This document shows, piece after piece, positions 11,370 through 22,954 of a stretch of DNA of 62,430 nucleotides (the first letter of the stretch is position 1; every line of letters begins with the position of its first letter). Source of the DNA: Chara braunii (taxonomy: Eukaryota > Plantae > Charophyceae); the NCBI GenBank assembly GCA_003427395.1, contig BFEA01000008.1:3918814-3981243 (forward strand), written 5' to 3'. The notes beneath the pieces are model-generated. The model searched no databases, was not told the DNA's origin, and worked only from the letters and a program-made list of their open reading frames with translations. Made by a program: the position numbers and the translations under genes.

Positions 11370-12047
11370 TTTTCTTTTTTCTCTTTTTTTTTTTTAACGC
11401 AGTGTCCTTTCCCAGGACTGTTCCAAATAAAGCAGAAAAAGATGGAGCCGCAGATGATGCCAGATCTCGTAGGAGTGAGTCAGGAAGGTGGGCCGCAGGC
11501 CCGCACACCACGGGTAAATCGAGGGCGGGCGGGCGCGCTTCGCCAAAAAGGCGAGGAGAATAGACTCACACTCCGTAGGACCTGACCCCTTGTGTTCCTG
11601 CGCAGGTTCGCATATGCACTGAGTGCTGCGAGTGGGCGCAGTCTGGAGGGTACAGCGTGAGAGACAAGACAAGCTGTGGTGACAGGCCAGACCCCTGTCA
11701 CTTATACTGTTCCTGGTCAAGGCAGTGGTACCACCCGTTCTTCAACCTGGGTGAGTGTCACGTCTCCGATGGGACTCCGTAGGTCAAGAGGTGGAACTCC
11801 GTAGATTTTGACTGTTTGTCTTCTGAGTCGTTGATCTTCAATGAATGACCTGATGTCTGAAACAAAGGTCCAGCATAGTCGTAGATGTTGAAAATGCATG
11901 AATGCGATCACCGGTGGTTCGGATACCCAGGACTGGTGGCGATGTGTGGGGCCAACCGGAATAACCGGAGGGTTGGAACTGAAGTGGTTGCTGGAACCCC
12001 TTGAATTCTCGGTCCCTCTTTTGACTTGGCACAATGCTTGAAATTAG
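11370..12047 (-). mobile_element. 5'-truncated non-LTR retrotransposon (LINE-like) insertion
   Basis: 17-bp TSD TATATGAGCACAATATC at 11353-11369 and 12048-12064; poly(T) tract 11370-11395 = poly(A) tail on the minus strand; degenerate Cys/His-containing coding remnant. Confidence 0.8.
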
Positions 12048-13281
12048 TATATGAGCACAATATCGCTCCCCTTATCCAGGGGTTGGTACCTAGAGTATCC
12101 CTGGGTGAGGTACCACAGCAGTCTCTTCTCCTCCTTTAGATGGCCCCCGAGATCGTGTGGCTAATTCGGGCCAAAGCCGCAAAACCGATCACAATCATGG
12201 AGCAATTGGTGCAAAACCGGTCTGGTCTGAGGTCCAACTACACCCCTTGGCTTGACCTTTCTTTCAAATTTCTCGTTCACCACATCCCTACCACCCTCTC
12301 TCCTTTCTCGCAGTTCTCGTTTTTCTTTTTTTCTTTTTTTTGGCAACCATCTCCCTCCACCCCTCCTCTGATCAACAATTACCCCGGCGCACCCCCACCC
12401 CCTCTGTCCCTCTGTCCTTTTTTTTTTTTCTTTTTTGTTCTGTCTACCTTCTTCGCTCTTCTTCTCCGGGATCCTGCGCGATCCCTCGGCTGGCTCGCAA
12501 CGTTACGTTACCCAGTTCATTGCGGTCTATCGGAAGATGAGGGGCTATCAGAAGATGAGGGGTCCCAGCATTGTACAAACAAATCACACGGTTCAGGTGA
12601 ACAAATCACACGGTTCTAGTGAAAGAGAAACACACGATTTCGGTGAAAGACAAGAGAATATGAGGGGTCTGATTACGGTTCCCCTTTTTTTCCCCCTTTT
12701 GTTATCTTCTTCCCCCTTTCCCACTTCCGTTGTTGGGGGTTGCAGGCTGTGTACTCGCAGCCTGTAATTCCTCGCAGCATGAGAATTGACCCCCAAGGAT
12801 TCTTCATTTATTATTTTATTTAATTTATTTCTACCTTCGGAAATGCCACACGCGTCGGCTGTCTACGCGGAGCTCAGCCCTCAGCGTTAAGTCGTTGACC
12901 GCAAAAAAAAAAAAAAAAAAAAAAAAGAACGACGTGTGTGGTCTTTTGGACAGGAAGACGAAGAAACTAACACTTTGCCTCCAGAGGCTCCTGATAGCAG
13001 GTATTAGGAGTCATCAAGGAGACGAAGGGTTCGGGCTTCACCCATGTCGTCCACTTGGCTCACTTGGCTCATCCCACGCATCGGCGAGTGATGAGACAGG
13101 AGGCTGAGGAGCTCGGTTCCCTGTCCTACTTCACCTCCGGTTTTTTTCCCCCCCTGGGAACTACATGTAGGGGCCTCGCTCCACTACTCTCCGAATGTGC
13201 AAAAGGAGAGTGAATCTTCGGCTAGAACATGGAGAAATACACCATAATGATGTTTCTCTTTTGTGCATGTCGAGAGCAGCA

Positions 13282-13448
13282 GGGGCCAGGTCTCACGAGC
13301 AGCGTTGAGCTACCTCAACGCCTGAATCTGGACGTGTTTGTGAAGACGTGCAGTTCAGGAAACTCGACACCATTTCTGCACATCTTCACAAACACGTCCA
13401 GATTCAGGCGTTGAGGTAGCTCAACGCTGCTGGTGGGACTTGGCCCCA
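13282..13448. mobile_element. Palindromic (foldback/MITE-like) element, ~132-bp near-perfect hairpin
   Basis: agcagcgttgagctacctcaacgcctgaatctggacgtgtttgtgaaga..loop..tcttcacaaacacgtccagattcaggcgttgaggtagctcaacgctgct, framed by ggggccaggtctcac / gtgggacttggcccc; inverted second copy at 29187-29345. Confidence 0.8.
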
Positions 13449-13625
13449 GGGGAGCGAGGCCAGTGATGAGCACAGCGCAAAACCTCGAAACTTGCAGCAA
13501 AACCTTGCTGCGTTACCAAAAAAAAAAAAAAAAAAAAAAAAAATCAACAACAACAACAACACCACTGCCTCGAAGCTGCCACGTGTGTTGCAGCGTGCAG
13601 CCTTCCCAAAGGCAATCCATCCAAT

Positions 13626-13674
<49 letters not shown>

Positions 13675-14042
13675 ATAGCAGACGGCTGGGCGCAAGAAAG
13701 AAAGAAAGAGAAGCAGAAGCAGAAGCAGGAGTATACGACCGGGCGAAACAAACCAACGCAAGACATAAGAACTAAAAAACAAAAGACGAAGCGGATGAAG
13801 AAGAAGAAGAGGCAAAAAAACCAATGCGAGAGGACGGCGCTCGTGAGACAGCATAGGGAGAGCAAAAAAAAAAAAAATTGTTAAGCAAGCATCTGCCACA
13901 TTGCGTGCAGAGATTAGAGAATCGGCAAGCAACACGATCGCCGTGCAAAGAGTGTAGTTTGGAACGGTTTGTTGAGACGACAACATGAGACGCCATGATA
14001 GTCCAAGTTTTGTGCTCGAACGGACGCTTCGCGTCTGGAGGC

Positions 14043-14160
14043 CTACCTTCTTCTTCTTCCCCCGAATATAGAACGAACGGTCATTATTGCCGTATGTAGA
14101 CTGAAAGATGCCTCAAATACAGGTATAATGACCGTGCGTTGTATTCGGGGGAAGAAGGGA
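14043..14160. mobile_element. ~110-bp hairpin MITE family, copy 1 of 5 (others 24530-24640, 28544-28635, 60695-60810, 61558-61674); probably Tc1/mariner-pogo type
   Basis: Shared arms cgaatacaacg.acggtcattatagctgtat / atacagctataatgaccgt.cgttgtattcg and loop ctagactgaaagatgcctcaa; best copies end TA|CAGTCTTC..GAAGACTG|TA and TA|CCTTC..GAAGG|TA. Confidence 0.7.
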
Positions 14161-14733
14161 GGGCCCAGTATCTTTGCATGGGTTGTGGGAGATTATGGTT
14201 TTCATTTCAGTACGTGTGTTGTTGTGTGATTGTGCGACGAAACGCAAGAAGAATGAAAAAAAAAGAAGGAAACAAAAAAGAGAGAGAGAGGGGCGTTGGT
14301 TCAATGCTTGCGTTCCCAAAAAAAAAAAAACAATGCTTGTGTTTGTTGTGGGATCTTTGCGGACGACACGCACGCGTGTGCATGGGGCCTTGCATGATAG
14401 ACGACGTAACGATTCTAATTTTCGGGGACGATTTTGCCGCGTATGGTTTTTGGGTCCCCCTAACGTTAAAATCATGGGGGAAAGTCTGGAAAGATACGTA
14501 AACAGCACGCTTAGGTTTTGAAGTTGAAAAAAAAAAACAAAAAAAAAAGCTGACTAGAAAGAATCAGAAGATTCAGAACTGCGCCTGGTAGTTTCCATAG
14601 AACGAGGTACAAGGGCCGAATGCATGATCTGCACATGGATGTTCGGATGTCCCAGTGCATTCTGATCGGGTCATTTTGGCAGCTTGTAATGCCCACCGTG
14701 CGGTTTCTGTGCTATTCCTTCTTCCTCATGTTT

Positions 14734-14780
<47 letters not shown>

Positions 14781-14821
14781 ACACACACACACACACACAC
14801 CCAACAAGTTCGGTACCGTGC

Positions 14822-14885
<64 letters not shown>

Positions 14886-15151
14886 CCGAATCAACCGTGC
14901 ATTCTATTCTTGGGGGATCACAATCATCGATTCTAAGGCAGGGGAAATGAAGAGCAACAAATTAAAATGAAAACATCTTGGAGGCGCTAATAATGCAGAT
15001 CGATGTGGGACCTTCTGCCGCCGGGGAACTCTAAGGGAAAAACGAGCCGTCATGTCGTCGACAGCGGGAACTTTCCCTCTTCTCCGAATCTCCGGCTCGT
15101 GACAGTTGCAATAGTGAACACGAAAAAAAGCTTATACAACAAGGAAAAGAA

Positions 15152-15229
<78 letters not shown>

Positions 15230-15763
15230 GGCATCTTCTTCTCTCTTTCACGAACAGGTGGCGCATCCTGCAACGCATTCCATCGTCGAGTGGAGACTTT
15301 CCCCTCCCTTCCCCTTTGTTCTTTTTTCCTCTCTATTTATGAAAAAAGGGCGCAGTTCCCGAGGCCAAAAACAAAGTGTACATAGCACCCGCAAAAGTGG
15401 AACCCATAGGTCTCAGACACAGTTTCAGGCTGAGCCTTGCATCTCCACAAAGAAAAAAACAATCACCTACTGCATAAGAGACTTCTTAATGTTGACAGTG
15501 CCACAGTGCTGATGCGTCCCCCCTTGGCGGTGACAGGGCAGAGGGGGATTGCACTGCAGGGTCAGTGAGGGTTGGCTTTGCGCCCCAGAACTTCCTGGCG
15601 GCGGCGTCCGAGAGACACGTGGCATAGGGCGTGCGGACGTGGGCCGGGTGCACAGGGGCATTAGCAAGTCCCTGGCTATGTCCGGTCTAGGTCAGTGTGA
15701 GCCAGGAATCCCGTTCAGTTGACGAAGGGATGGAGTCTTAACTGGGGATTGCACAAGTTACGC

Positions 15764-16093
15764 GGGAGGAGGGAGACGTTACAGTCAATCTACATATCGT
15801 GGTCGTACAATCAGAACTGCCATCTATACGTTCCCAGCGCCAGAAACGGCAAAGCAGATGTGAAATGCTGAAGCCTACAAGAAGATGAAGCTGACGACCA
15901 CCGGAATACCTCCAAAGCCAGCAGTACAGCACCCCTGCGTTGTGACTCCTGTATGTAACAATCCACGTCCTTGGATGGTTTTCCGTTGTCTTCAGCACTC
16001 ATTACTTTTGATTGCGGAACTCCATTGTCGGCTTGGTGTAGGTTCTTTCATTAATAAGTTGTTTAGTCAAATTTTCGGAACTGTATTGTGACA
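15764..16093 (+). mobile_element. Polypurine tract plus 3' LTR of an LTR retrotransposon remnant
   Basis: GGGAGGAGGGAGA (15764-15776) followed by (C)GTTACA...TGTGACA inverted termini (15777-16093), with an AATAAG polyadenylation-like signal inside. Confidence 0.55.
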
Positions 16094-17670
16094 CACATGG
16101 AGATGAGAGAGATAGATGGACACACATGGAGGCAGCAGCTGAGCGATGGAATGTCATGATTGAAGGAAATGAACCAGCAACCGAAGTGATATACCGGCCT
16201 AGGTCTAGGTACTCGGAAAAGTTGGGAAAACCAATGGTACGGACCAGGATCAGGCCAATGGCCTGAAACTGGGCCGGCCTAGCAGACGGACCTCAGGGGA
16301 ACTACACGATCCCCAGACCTGTAAATGGATCAGCTGATACATCAAACACGCTATCTGCTGAAATAGCAAAAACCCAAAAGGAACGGCAAAGAGAACAATC
16401 CTAAATGTGATTTATGCAAGCTCCACGCAGGAAAAAGAGATGCAATCTAGACTAAGCCTCAAGCATAATTGTATGTCTGAAAAAAACGTCTCCTGAGCCA
16501 ATGTGGCTGAACAAAGATCAACACCAGGGCCCTAAGGGCCAAAGAATAACCGAACCAATGTCCTAGGTCAAGAAAAGAATGAGGCACAATCTCACATGCC
16601 CTGTACATTATGTACAATGCGTCAATGAGAATAGAGGGAGCTCAGTCACATGGCAAAGGTAGGGATGGTCCAAAGGGCGGCGGGTACAACTCTCAAAAGA
16701 CTCAAAGAAGAGATGGTCCGAATAGGACAACGATCGTAAGGCTCATGACGAGAATAACAACACGACACCGGGCTCAATAAAAACTATCAAATAGGTACCA
16801 CCACCAGCTGAAGTGAAAGGGGCACTCACACAAGGGAGAACAAATAAGGCGAGCCTGGAAAGAGAGAGGGCTATGCCATCATAGACATGAGCCCAAAAGT
16901 TGTGAGCAAGGAAAACGTACACTCCAGAATCCAGAGGAGGGCGCGCCGCGCAGTGTAGGGTAAGGCAAAGGGGCAGCAAAAGAACACACCCACATTAGCA
17001 GGGGAAGTTGGGATTTACCATGCGAGTTAGGGGTGAGCTCAAAGGCACAAGGGATGTGTGAATGGGGGAAACTTCATGGAGGAGGGAAAACACAACAATT
17101 CAATTGATGAAGCTCCGGAATGAGGTCGAGTCGAAATAATGAAGTAGGTCATTATGAAGTTATCAAAGTAGCCCCGTTGAAGTAGGAGCAACACTGAAAC
17201 AAAGCGGAACTTCAAAACGCAGCAACAGGTATATTGCTGTTCAAAAGAAGTACTCAAGTCGGGATCGAAGGTAGATACTGTAACCGGGAGCTGCTGCATA
17301 GGTGTCCTGTATGGTACGAGCTAAAGGAGGTATAGAGATCAATCACAATAGCGAGAAGGAGGTCGATGGGCACGCTGAGGGCAAGACGAGCAGACTGCAA
17401 CAATAGGCGGAACCACGACCGCGGGGGAAAGAGGACCCGAGGCAGGTACCGGTGGATCAAGAGCGCGCATCGATGTAGTAGGGGAAATGTTAGTTGTCGA
17501 CGAGGTAGATGGGTTGGTGTGAGGATGAAAAGTACAGGGGAATGAAGATAGAGGGAAAGGGTGAGCGCGATCGTAAAAAGGCACGACAGTAAGAACGTGA
17601 TGCAAGTGCTCAGGAGGGGACTGTCAGAAAAGGCACAGTAGAAATACATGGAACAAACTGTGTAAGTCAT
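16094..17670 (-). mobile_element. 3' non-coding region and truncated LTR of a Gypsy-like element related to the 17.7-22.5 kb element
   Basis: Minus strand gtatcagctgatccatttacaggtctggggatcg|tgtag (LTR start 16306) matches gtatctgccgatccatcacaggtcgaggatcg|tgtag at 22192-22228. Confidence 0.55.
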
Positions 17671-17840
17671 CTTTCTTTTGATTTATCTTTCCTTTTTTTT
17701 CCAAGAATTCGAATTATCTTATCTCCCACTTTCTTTTCTTCTTTTTTGATTTATTTCATTTTATTTATATTTTAATCTGAAAACTCGAATTTCCTTGCGG
17801 TACCCTTAAATCTGATTAGCAGTTAGTCATTCTTGCTTTT

Positions 17841-18222
17841 GGCACACGTTCCGACCCCGCGGGGGTAACGAAGTGCTGCCGAAATTTTCTGTTTTACTTT
17901 TACTTAGTCTTTTCAACACATTTTGACCCCTTGGGGGTAGCGAAGTGCGGGCAAAATCTCCTCAATTCACTTCGCCTTTCTTCTTGACTGCACACTTCGA
18001 CCCCATCGGGGTAACGAAATGCTGCTGAAATATTTGAAAAATCAAACACTTCATTTCTCTCCACCTCCTCATCTACTTATTTATTTATTTATCTCTTTTT
18101 TTTTTTCTTTTTTTTTTCTCAAATTTTTAATTTGCGACACTTTGAAACTTAGTTTGCTTATCTTGGTCTCTTCTTTCTCTTGACACATTCTTGACCTCAT
18201 GGGGGGTAGGGAAATGTTGGCA
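17841..18222 (+). repeat. Four dispersed copies of a bulged stem-loop in the retrotransposon leader
   Basis: Consensus GCACACTTCG-ACCCC-(2-3 nt)-GGGGT-AA-CGAAGTGCTGC at 17841-17884, 17914-17952, 17989-18030, 18181-18222, separated by T-rich non-repeated spacers. Confidence 0.75.
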
Positions 18223-18383
18223 TTATGGTGTCGAAAATTCCACTCGGGCACCCTAGATCCGAACCACCGCTCCCCCTTTGACGGCGCCCGCGCTCGATTT
18301 ACTAGCGTCACCCGTCGCCTTCTGTCGCCCTCCGCTCACGCGGACCTCCCCCGACCCTCTCTAGTCCGGCGCGTTACTTCCCC

Positions 18384-20350
18384 ATGGCCGACGACGTGTC
18401 CCAAGCTGTCGAGGCAGCAACGACCTCGGCATTGGGCTCCACACCCGTGCCAACAGACCAGGGTCATCAGCCCCAAGGGGGTCTGCATACCCTCATCACC
18501 TCCCTCCTTGCGCCCTTACAAGCGCAGGTGACGACTCTTGTTGCTGCCTTGCGGCAACTCCAGGACGCTGGTCATCCTTCCTCTCCTCACTCTTTCTCTC
18601 CTCCTAGCTCCCAGTCCAGGTCCCCCGTCCTCCGACATGGTGGCCACGACGGAGCTTCCTCCTCTGTCGGCCCCGACCCAGTCATCCTAGTGACCGTCCA
18701 CACTCCTAGCGCGACGGCCGCCACAGGTCAGACCCTTCCTCACTCTGCGCGCCCAGATTCCGGTCACTACGGCCACGGGATCACAACCTGCTGCCATGGT
18801 CTCATCTTTTCCGGGTGCCCCGCTTCTCCCTCCCCTTCGCACTACCGCAGCGCCTTCTGGGTCTCCCCCCTGTGGGATGCCCCTCGCCGCTCGTGCGTCC
18901 ACTTCCCCCACTTTTCCTCCTGCCACTCCTCGCTCGATCTATGTTCGACGTCTTGAGGACGAGCTTGCCCAGACCCGGTCGGACCTCGCTCTTTTACGCC
19001 TTCAACAACCCCTACCCTCATAGGTGGTCACGCCTTCGGGCGCACCCCCTTCCTCCTCTACTCTTCCTTCCATACAAAATCACTTCCCTCGCCCTGCACC
19101 CTATTCATCCCCAGCCTACCTTAATCCTATTCCCTCGGTTGTTGCGACCTTTTCTACCGCAGTTGCGCCCCTTTCTCCAAGACCTGCGCCGACTTACTCA
19201 GCCATAGCACAGGCCTCTGCTCCTCGATCCCCTCGCCGCCACAACGGTGGCGCACCACTTGTCCACTTGGCGGACATTGCCTTGTGCGATGGTACAGGGA
19301 TACACGTGTCCCGGTGGCTGCAGTCCGCCACCCGCACGCTCCAACTTATGGGCGCCCCACCTGACACGTGGGTGGGTCACCTCTCCACTCGCCTACATGG
19401 TGGTCCTTTCGACGCATGGGAGAATTTTTACGCGCACTGCCTTCGTGAGGGGCGGAGTCCGACCTTGATGGATTTTCAGGCGTTCCTCTAAGACCGCTTC
19501 GGAGCCCGACATGACGTCAATGACGCCTTCGAGCGCATCGTCAGCACACGCTGGTCCGTCTCTAGTGGCACTGCCGCCCTAGAGCACCACATCCAGGTCT
19601 TTCAAGACGCCCGCCTCATTTGTAATGTGACATTCCTCCCTAAGGTTGCCCTCATCGACCGTTTCTTGGCCAGCCTTCCCCTTGAGTACCGCTCCGAGTG
19701 ACGGCGGTACGAGTTCACATCGGCCCCACAGGCCTGTGAGGCCGCCAGGACCCATCAACGAATGCGGGCCCATCTTCACCCTACTTCCTCCTCCCATCCT
19801 CAGCGTACTGGTTACGCCCCCTCCTCGTCTCATGACACTTCCCAGCGCCGCTCCCCTTTCCTCTGCCGCCCCCACCGTTCCACGCAGCAAGGCCGCCACT
19901 TCTCGCGCCGCTTCAGTGCGCTCGAATATGGTGAGCAGGACGTTGTCCCCCCGCTGTCGCCTGAGGGTGACCATAGCGACGACATCGACCTCGACGAGGT
20001 CGTCCGCTACCACCTGGAGGACTCTACTCTCCCTATGGCCGAGCGCCTCCAGCTCATCCTCTCCGCCCACTCCCAGGCACGCAGCCTTCCCGGTCACGTT
20101 AGCGCGTCACCGTCCGAGGTCCCTCAGCAGGACCCTCCCTCAGGGCTTTGTCCCTCCTCGCGGTGTCCTTTCCGTTGAGGAGCGCGTGGCCATTTTGAGT
20201 CGGTGTGGGTGTTTGCGATGCCCCCAGGACGGTCATACCTCCTCGCGATGCCCTTACACCGCCGCCCTCGACCGCCACTACGCTGACCTTTCCCGCCAGC
20301 GTCGTGCTCAGTCCCCCCTCGGCGCCTCGCATCCCCACGGCACCTCGTAG
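18384..20350 (+). pseudogene. Gypsy gag (capsid-like region + CCHC zinc knuckle), with stops and frameshifts
   Basis: CDGTGIHVSRWL...WVGHLSTRLHGGPFDAW...TLMDFQAFL*DRFG...LIDRFLASLPLEYR (retrotransposon gag pattern); CLRCPQDGHTSSRC near 20210-20255. Confidence 0.8.
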
Positions 20351-20511
20351 CCACGGTGCAGTGTACACCTGCGCCCTCCTCAGTAGTTGGTTTCCCGATA
20401 TCTCCGACATGGTTCACCCCTCGCGCTATTGGAGCTGAGGTATTGCAGGACTCGACAGAGTGTACTCAGTCCTCTGTCGCAGTACCGTCTACGACTTCGC
20501 AGACCACCGTC

Positions 20512-21192
20512 TCCCAGACTCGCATGGCAGCATGTGCGAACCAATCGAGGATGAATCATCTATTCAAAGTCGGTGATGATGTTTTTATCGACGTCCGCCA
20601 CTTACAGCTCGAAGCGGACACGCTTCGCAAGTTTCGGCATCGCTTCTTTGGCCCATTCCGCATTTTTCAGACCGTCGGTTCCGATACGGCTACTAGCCCG
20701 GTTAGCTTCCGTATGAAGCTGCTCGACTACCTACACCAGACTCGTGTGCACGATGTCTATCATGTCTCGTTACTGCGTCCCTACCGCAGACCGTCTGAGC
20801 GTTTCGTCGGACAACCATACGAGCGCCCTCCACCCATCATGATGGACGGCCACGAGGAGTTCCTCATTTCAGACATCATTGGTCGTCGAGTCACCGACAA
20901 CAACCCTCACATCGAGTATCTTGTACGTTGGAAGGGTTACCCTGATGAGGAGGCCACTTGGGAGCCCCTTGAGCACTTGCAGCACTTTTGCATGTTGGTG
21001 CGTGCCTATAACTGTGCTCGCCGTGCAGGGTTGACTGCTCCTCCTCAGTCGACTGACCCTCCTCCTTCTCCCTCGGCTGAGGAGACCGCTGAAGTCGAGC
21101 CGGCTCCATCTGAGGCAGACCTTCAGCAGCAGCCGGATGCTTCTAAACGTCCAGACGACACAGCGCACTCGTCGTCGTCCTACTCGATATGA
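20512..21192 (+). pseudogene. Integrase C-terminal SH3-like (GPF/GPY) module plus chromodomain
   Basis: QTRMAACANQSR..FKVGDDVFI..KFRHRFFGPFRI..VHDVYHVSLLRPY; EEFLISDIIGRR..EYLVRWKGYPDEEATWEPLEHL. Confidence 0.9.
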
Positions 21193-22223
21193 CGGTTGAC
21201 TCTTACTTATCTTCCCACATCTTTGACTTCTTAGTACTCCATCCACTCCAGTTTTGCCACTTACGCTCGTCGACGTTGCAGTTCTTCCTCAACGGCATTC
21301 CGGACTTCTCATCATGGACGTCATCGGCAGCTTCATGGACTTCGTCACGATCAGTTCTCCCTACTTCAAACGTCGTCACTCTATAACCACCTTACCCTAT
21401 ACAGTATCCTGGTTGTGTCGCATGATAGTCTCCCTTCGTCGGGTTCCTCTGAGTTGGGCTCTCCCTTGGTATACGCATAGGCATCGGGACTGTGGCGTTG
21501 CCTTGGCTTCCCAACTCACAGATCCAGCTCCGACTTCCCCCACCTAAGGAGTCATTTGCATGATTCCCTTACCCATCAATTTTCCTACCCTCTGTCGGCC
21601 CTCACGCCCTAGTTAGGCAACCCCGCATGCTTCATCTAGGTGCGCCTTGTATACCAGGCTCCCTTGTTCCCTTGCATGGTCGACCCTCCATAGCGGTCAC
21701 CCCTTAAGTCGGGCATTACCCGCCTTGATGGTCTATCTGTTAGGCTCATTGGTTTCGTTCCCTCCCAGTTCCCTACCCTCATTGCGCCTGATGACATCTG
21801 TCTCCCTGTAATTTATGTGAGGATGCCCTTAGGAGTTTATCGACCCCTAGGATGCATTCGCCACCCTCAGAGACCATCCCACCCTTTGGTTTGCGACATA
21901 CTACTCCTGCGACATTTGGTTGTCTTATTGTTGCTTTGTTGCTCTCAGACAGACTACCGCCTCCAACATTCTAGGGTTTAGTTGTCATTACGTTATGCTT
22001 TCCTAGGACATGTATGCTAGTTCGTTGCTTTTGCTTTCACTTAGGCTATTAGATGTCACATTGTTGTTTTTGTGACATTTTCTATCCTAGGTTGCATCAC
22101 ATAGACTTAGCATGGAGCTTGCTCCTCATCCCTGATTACTCAGGTTTTCTTTTTCTTTGGTAGAGTTCCGCTTCTTGGCGGAAGCGTGCTTGTATCTGCC
22201 GATCCATCACAGGTCGAGGATCG

Positions 22224-22525
22224 TGTAGCGGACCTTTGGTTGGCCTGTGCCCCTTGGCCTGTTCTCACAGACCTGTGTTGTATTCGGGATAGTCCAATCC
22301 AGGCCAGTACCTCTGTCGGTACCAGCCAGTCCAGTCCAGCCTCGTCAGTCCGCTTGGGTATACCCTAGTTGTTGTCTGTTTTCCGATTCATTCTACATTC
22401 GCACATTTTGGAGTACGTGCGTTGGAGTCTTTCGTGGGAGCTGCGTTGTACCATCTCGCTCCTCCCTCATCCTCCATCTCCATTTGCATCCCAGGTGGAG
22501 CACCTCACCCTGTGGGTCCGCCACA
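22224..22525 (+). repeat. 3' LTR (~302 bp)
   Basis: Termini TGTAGCGGACC ... GGTCCGCCACA (11-bp inverted repeat, one mismatch, TG..CA). Confidence 0.75.
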
Positions 22526-22775
22526 GCGGTGGCTGAGGAGACGGACCGCAGGCCCGCGGCCGAGGCCGAGCGGCCGAGTTTTCGCGCGGCCGCGACTGGC
22601 CCGGGTGGGGATGCGCGCGGGAAAACAGCGCACGCCCGCGGCCATTGCACGTCGGCCTCTATTGCCTTGTTCATAAAAAAGAAAAAAAAGAAAAAAAAGG
22701 GGGGGCATTTTTTAGTATGTGACAAAAAAAATTAAATAGATAGAAAAAAAATAATAATTGATTGATTGATAGTTT

Positions 22776-22848
<73 letters not shown>

Positions 22849-22892
22849 ATTGATTGATTGGTGGGGGAGGGTTCCTCCCTCCGCTCCCCCCG

Positions 22893-22954
<62 letters not shown>

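Larger units (their letters stand above)
17670..22525 (+). mobile_element. Internally deleted Ty3/Gypsy chromovirus (leader, gag, integrase C-terminus, long 3' region, 3' LTR; no 5' LTR seen)
   Basis: Gag and chromodomain motifs plus a 3' LTR at 22224-22525; no protease, RT, RNase H or integrase core motifs between them. Confidence 0.85.

Noticed and set aside
14095-14120. Hammerhead reading of the MITE loop (CTGAAAGATGCCTC)
   Set aside because: No CUGANGA followed by stem II, and the NUH triplet is not conserved in the other four copies.
17841-18222. CRISPR array interpretation of the palindromic repeats
   Set aside because: Repeats are degenerate, spacing is irregular, spacers are low-complexity, there are no cas genes, and the context is a eukaryotic retrotransposon leader.
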